This document shows, piece after piece, positions 59,650-64,000 of a DNA stretch of 64,000 nucleotides; within the stretch, counting starts at the first letter, position 1; the number at the start of each line of letters is the position of its first letter. Source of the DNA: Marsupella aquatica (lineage: Eukaryota; Plantae; Marchantiophyta). The DNA lies in NCBI GenBank assembly GCA_973895155.1, contig OZ316897.1, positions 6,996,470-7,060,469 of the forward strand. Direction: 5' to 3'. The notes beneath the pieces were generated by a model. It ran no database searches. It saw only the letters and a program-made list of their open reading frames with translations, and was not told where the DNA came from. Position numbers and translations under genes: made by a program.

Positions 59650-62600
59650 TCTATGCCTTCCCTTGTCTTCCTCTCGTGGTCTTCCTTTAGGTATGTTTGG
59701 ATTCCGCCGCCGGAATGATCCCCAACTAGCTTGGGTAAGCCGCTAAGACCTCTCTCAGCTCGACACATCCAACTCTTACTACCTTGCTTACTCCCTTCTC
59801 TTGGTTGATGTGGGCAATCTTCAAACAAGTTAATGCGACACACAAATAGCAAAATGACTCCTTGTGACTGAGTTATACCATGCATTTGCCATACAAACAA
59901 TACTTCTCATACACAAGATCTGCGAACTAAGCCGTTAGGCTAACTCTATTCATCTCTTAGGCATGAGGAAACATGAATATACACAAGTGTCACAGTATAA
60001 CTAACTGAGAGCTTCTTTTACTACTTGATCCCAGCCCTGCTGGTGCACTAAAAACTTGCTAAGGAAGAAGGCCTTGAACTCCCCGCTGCTCAGGTACTTA
60101 TCCTTGCAATGGATCCGCCTAATTCCTTGCAGCGTAAGCCTAATCTATCCTAACTAATATCTACCTATGTACAGCGAGGGAGGAGCACAAGTGTTGCTCT
60201 TACCAGTGGATCCGCAATTCCACTAATCTAAGTGTCAGGGCCGCCTCTTGGTCCTGATCCTAAGTCTAAACTTGGAGATTTGCGCCCGCCCTGCTCACTC
60301 ACGCCTCCTCCCTCCACGTCCGCCCTCCTTAAAAGGAGTGGCCCTCCACCACCGTCCTAGTAGCGGTGGCTGATCCTCAATGGACGCCCCCAACGCTTCC
60401 TCCGCAGCCACTGCCGTAGGTCCGCCTTCTGACAGATTACCTGGCCCAGACCGAGTCAACTCTCCATTGGCCTGACTAGGTCCACCCTCTGCTTCAGCCT
60501 CAGCATCGGCCACGGCCTCCAATACGGCTATGGCCTCCCTGGCATGCTCTAGTGGTGGATCCGGTACCCCGGCTTTGTCACTGACTATCCTGGCCTTGGC
60601 TTTGCTATCCCCGCCTTGTAGGACAATTGGATCATCTGCCGTGACCCTGCCTAAGGTTGGTGCCGGGTTCTCCTCCGTGGTCACGACGGCTTGAGAAGCC
60701 ATGTTACTCCCTGACCCAGAAGGTTTTTGCTTCTTCTTCTTCCCTGTTTTGGCAGCTGGTCCCTTCCCCTTGCCACTTACTTCCGGCACCAGTGCGAGTG
60801 TCGCGACTTGTCCTTCGGCCAGTACTACCCTTGGCAACTTGGTTGCCCCACTTGGAGTTGGAACTGATGAAGCCAAGCACTTAAATACTGCGGCTTGTTT
60901 CTTCAGCCGCTCCATTTGGTTGTTGGCCCGCCGCTATAAGTTCTCCATCTTCCTCCTGCGTTTTGTCCAGGTCCTTCTGGGCTTCCTCCAATCCCTTCTT
61001 TAAGGTAGCCCTCTCCTCCTGGGTTGCTCTCAGCTCCTTGTCGAGCTCCGTCACGACCTCAGACTCCATCTTGTTCATCTTGGCATAAGTCTGATCGAGC
61101 TGGTCGTCTTTCTCACGCAGGTCGGCCTTGAAGCCGTTAGGGATGCAAGCTCCTGCTGCAGCACAATAATCCCTTGATAGGATTTCCCTAACTCGGCCTT
61201 CTTCTGCTCAAGGGCTCCACGGATATCCTCGAGCTCCCCCTTCAATGCCCTCTCCCTCCTCTGGGTCTCTGCCATGGGCCGATTGTTGGTTGCTATGTGG
61301 GCCACCTCTGCATCCCTTAGCTCTTGCTTCCACTTCTCCCTTTCCTTGACCGCATTGGCCAACTCCCCTTGGGTCCGAGTCAGTTTATCTTTGATAATCT
61401 GATTATTAGACTGAGCGGTATCCAATTGCCCCTGCATGATGTTTAGCTCATGCCGCTTAATCCGCAGCTCATCTTGGGCTTTCTTGGCCGCCTTCAGGTC
61501 CTCTACCTTGGCTTCCTTCTCTCTAAGCCGTTGGATGACCTCGTCCTTCTTTCTTCTCACCGCTTCTTCCAATCGGCATTTTTCCAACATCTCTCTCTAG
61601 AAAAAAGGTCCCTGCTCCAACTCCTCCCCAAAGATGCTAAGCGCAAGTTCCCCACACATCTCCCCGTACTCTATGGCTCTTTCTTTAGCATAGGTGGAGT
61701 GAGTAGTAGTCATTGGCATCAACCACCGTGGCCTTTGTTCCCAAGCCGCCTTCCTTATTTCTTCTATCGTGGTTGGAGGGCTGCCCCGTCTTTCTGCAAG
61801 CCGCCGGATGTCTCTAGCCATTCTCCCCTAGGTAAATCCTTCTCCCTAGCTAGGGCTGGTTCCTCTGCTTCCCTGAGTCACTCCTGAAACTCCTGTGCCA
61901 TCTGTTTTATCTGGTCAAAGCTCGGAGGAGCGACATCTGGTGGGGGAGACTCCGGGCTGCTTTGCTGGGTGGGGTCCCCTCGAACTACTCTTGGAAGCGT
62001 GGGGATGAAACGGCCATAGGTCCTTACTCCTGGGACATGATGGTCCAACCCGTAGTTGGAGTCATTATTGCCGTAGTCCTCCACCACCTCCTCCCCGGCT
62101 TGGACTACCGATTTCCCCCGCTGCTCTCCTTGTCTTGTTGTGAACACGGCCTCTTGCCAATCATAACTCACAGGTCCTAGTTCCTCCTCCGGCTTCCAGG
62201 CTGTCTTGTCCCTTTGTTTACTGCAAACAGGAGCTTTAGGCTGCTCTTCCTCGGCTTTGGGACTCGAGGCTCCTACATACATTCAAACCCCCGGCTCGTT
62301 GTGGAAAGCCTTTTTTGAGGAAGTATTCTAAGGAGTATTAAATCTACACTTTTCAAAACTTTTGAAGCATTTTAAGTGACAAAATGAGTCACTTAGAGAA
62401 GATGAAGGAGTTAAGCTCTAAAACTGCTTTCACATTGAAGGATCTTTTTTAATCGCCAAATCATTTTCACATCTGAAGAATCGTTCAGGCGTTTTAAGTT
62501 GGATTTTGATTCAATTTTTCTTAAACCATTTTCTCTCCCTTTTCCTAAATTGAGCTCATTAGATAGAATTTAGCTTAGCTAAACTAGTTTAGCCATCATT

Positions 62601-63800
62601 AGGAATCTTAGCTTAGGAAAGTAGTTAGAACTACTCACCTTTTCAGATCTCTTTGATCTATGAGGGAGTATTATAATTGAACTCCCAGGCAAAATTGCCT
62701 TGTCATTTTCTCTGGAAATGATTTGTGACCAGTATGGGTCTTTTCCTCATGCCAGGTTGGGCTTAGGAGGAAGAATCGCAGAAATGAGAAAATGCACCAC
62801 CCAAATTCTACTGTTATTCATGATTTCCTCGTGCATTTCTTGCAAACCTTGGAATGACTGAATACATTTTAAGAAAACGTTTCTTTGGTTTTGTATGGAA
62901 AAAATATGAGTAAAGTTATGAAATCTAGAGTTTAGAGAATTGTAGTGAAATTCCTAATGTAAAGCCGATCTTTGTCGAGTATAAGGAATTTAGGAATGGA
63001 GTGAAAATCAAACTTCTATTGAGAAGGAGCGATAGTCTCAGATTTTCCATATTAAAACGATTGATCATAAATATTTTGAGTGATACATAGTAGTTGTGTA
63101 AGGAAAGAGACTCCTAAAGATCTCAAAGTCCTTAATACTATCATAAGTTGATTTCCTTTATTCCCTACAGGAACGAATTCGAGTTTCTAAGATACATTTT
63201 ATACAAGTTTCATCTAAAACGCTTACCACACTCGTGTTCCGACCTCCTTCTTTCCTTGGCTCCGGTAAAGGGGTTTTCCCTCATGAGTTGGCTTAGGCCG
63301 ACTTCTGGGGCAGTGTCCTGTACCATTGTCGTTGTCGTTGCCGTCCTCTTCTCCTTCTCCAGCAATTTCAGCAGATTCTGCATGCCTGGTTGTTGCATCG
63401 GAGTCTTCTGTCCTTGGCCTAAACACCTGCTCGATCGTAGGACTATCGGGCTGGTTGGGTTTCTCTACTACCGGCCTCTGTTTCGGAACCTCCTCTGGTG
63501 CCCTTGCTTGTAGGGGAAGTACTGGGGCAAAGATCTGACTTCGGGCATACCGGCACAACAGCGGCATGTGATAGCCAAGCCGCGACATGCTTCCATTGCC
63601 AATCACTTGATGTTCCTCCTTCAAGATCTTCTTCAGTTGGGTGAGGAGGTACCCGTTGTAATCCTGACTTGGGTCTGGCCTCTCCGCCAGGCAGACCTGT
63701 GCCTTGCCAATCTCTGGCCTTGTTAAGTTCCAATGCATGGTTACTCACAAGAAATCGATTATCTCTCCGATGTGCAGGTTGGTGCAGGTGTTCCGGAAAG
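59650..63800 (-). mobile_element. Older family-1 LTR fragment with decayed accessory ORF
   Basis: Reverse-complement homology to ~8395-11590. ORF pieces 63223-63738, 61878-62282, 61597-61821, 61075-61590, 60295-60915. Confidence 0.9.
62300..63230. mobile_element. Solo LTR (931 bp) of an unrelated AT-rich family
   Basis: TGTGGAAAGC...GCTTACCACA termini, 5-bp TSD CTCGT. Confidence 0.9.
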
Positions 63801-64000
63801 TCGCGGAACTCGACTACCTTAACACTAAGCTCCGGCGTCGCTGACTCCGACGCCAAGCTCCCTTATGGTCCAGGCCCGGATAGGCCATCCGGGTAGGACT
63901 TAGCATGGGGAGACTTGTGGGAAATGAGACATGGCACTGGCGAGGCTAGGGGCCAAGCTGGGGACACACACTAAGGACTTGGACTAGCCTATGGCTGGTC

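Overview
Land-plant nuclear DNA, roughly 85% transposon-derived. There is one clear host gene: a 10-exon SGT/SGTA-like TPR co-chaperone at 46004-50456 (+). The first 43 kb is a deeply nested cluster of three non-chromoviral Ty3/Gypsy families. The main result is that families 1 and 2 have very long LTRs (about 4.67 kb and 3.85 kb). Their ends are fixed by PPT/PBS position and TG...CA termini, and for family 2 also by a perfect TGCAC target-site duplication. Each of these LTRs contains a large sense-strand ORF, about 1,200 codons in family 1 and about 880 in family 2. The two proteins share an alignable central domain, a Pro-rich linker and a long C-terminal coiled coil, so an accessory gene is carried inside the LTR and duplicated at every replication. 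Family 3 LTRs also show traces of coding sequence. The young family-1 element has a G_GAU_UUU slippery site plus a stem-loop (possible pseudoknot) at a -1 overlap lying between protease and RT. It sits in a stack of four same-family LTRs inserted one into another. Other content: two copies of a hAT-type MITE, a CACTC-ended DNA element, a copia 3' remnant, a LINE fragment in an intron, a decayed Helitron, a ~590-bp hairpin-bearing tandem array and solo LTRs. All domain and family calls come from motif recognition by eye; no database searches were run.
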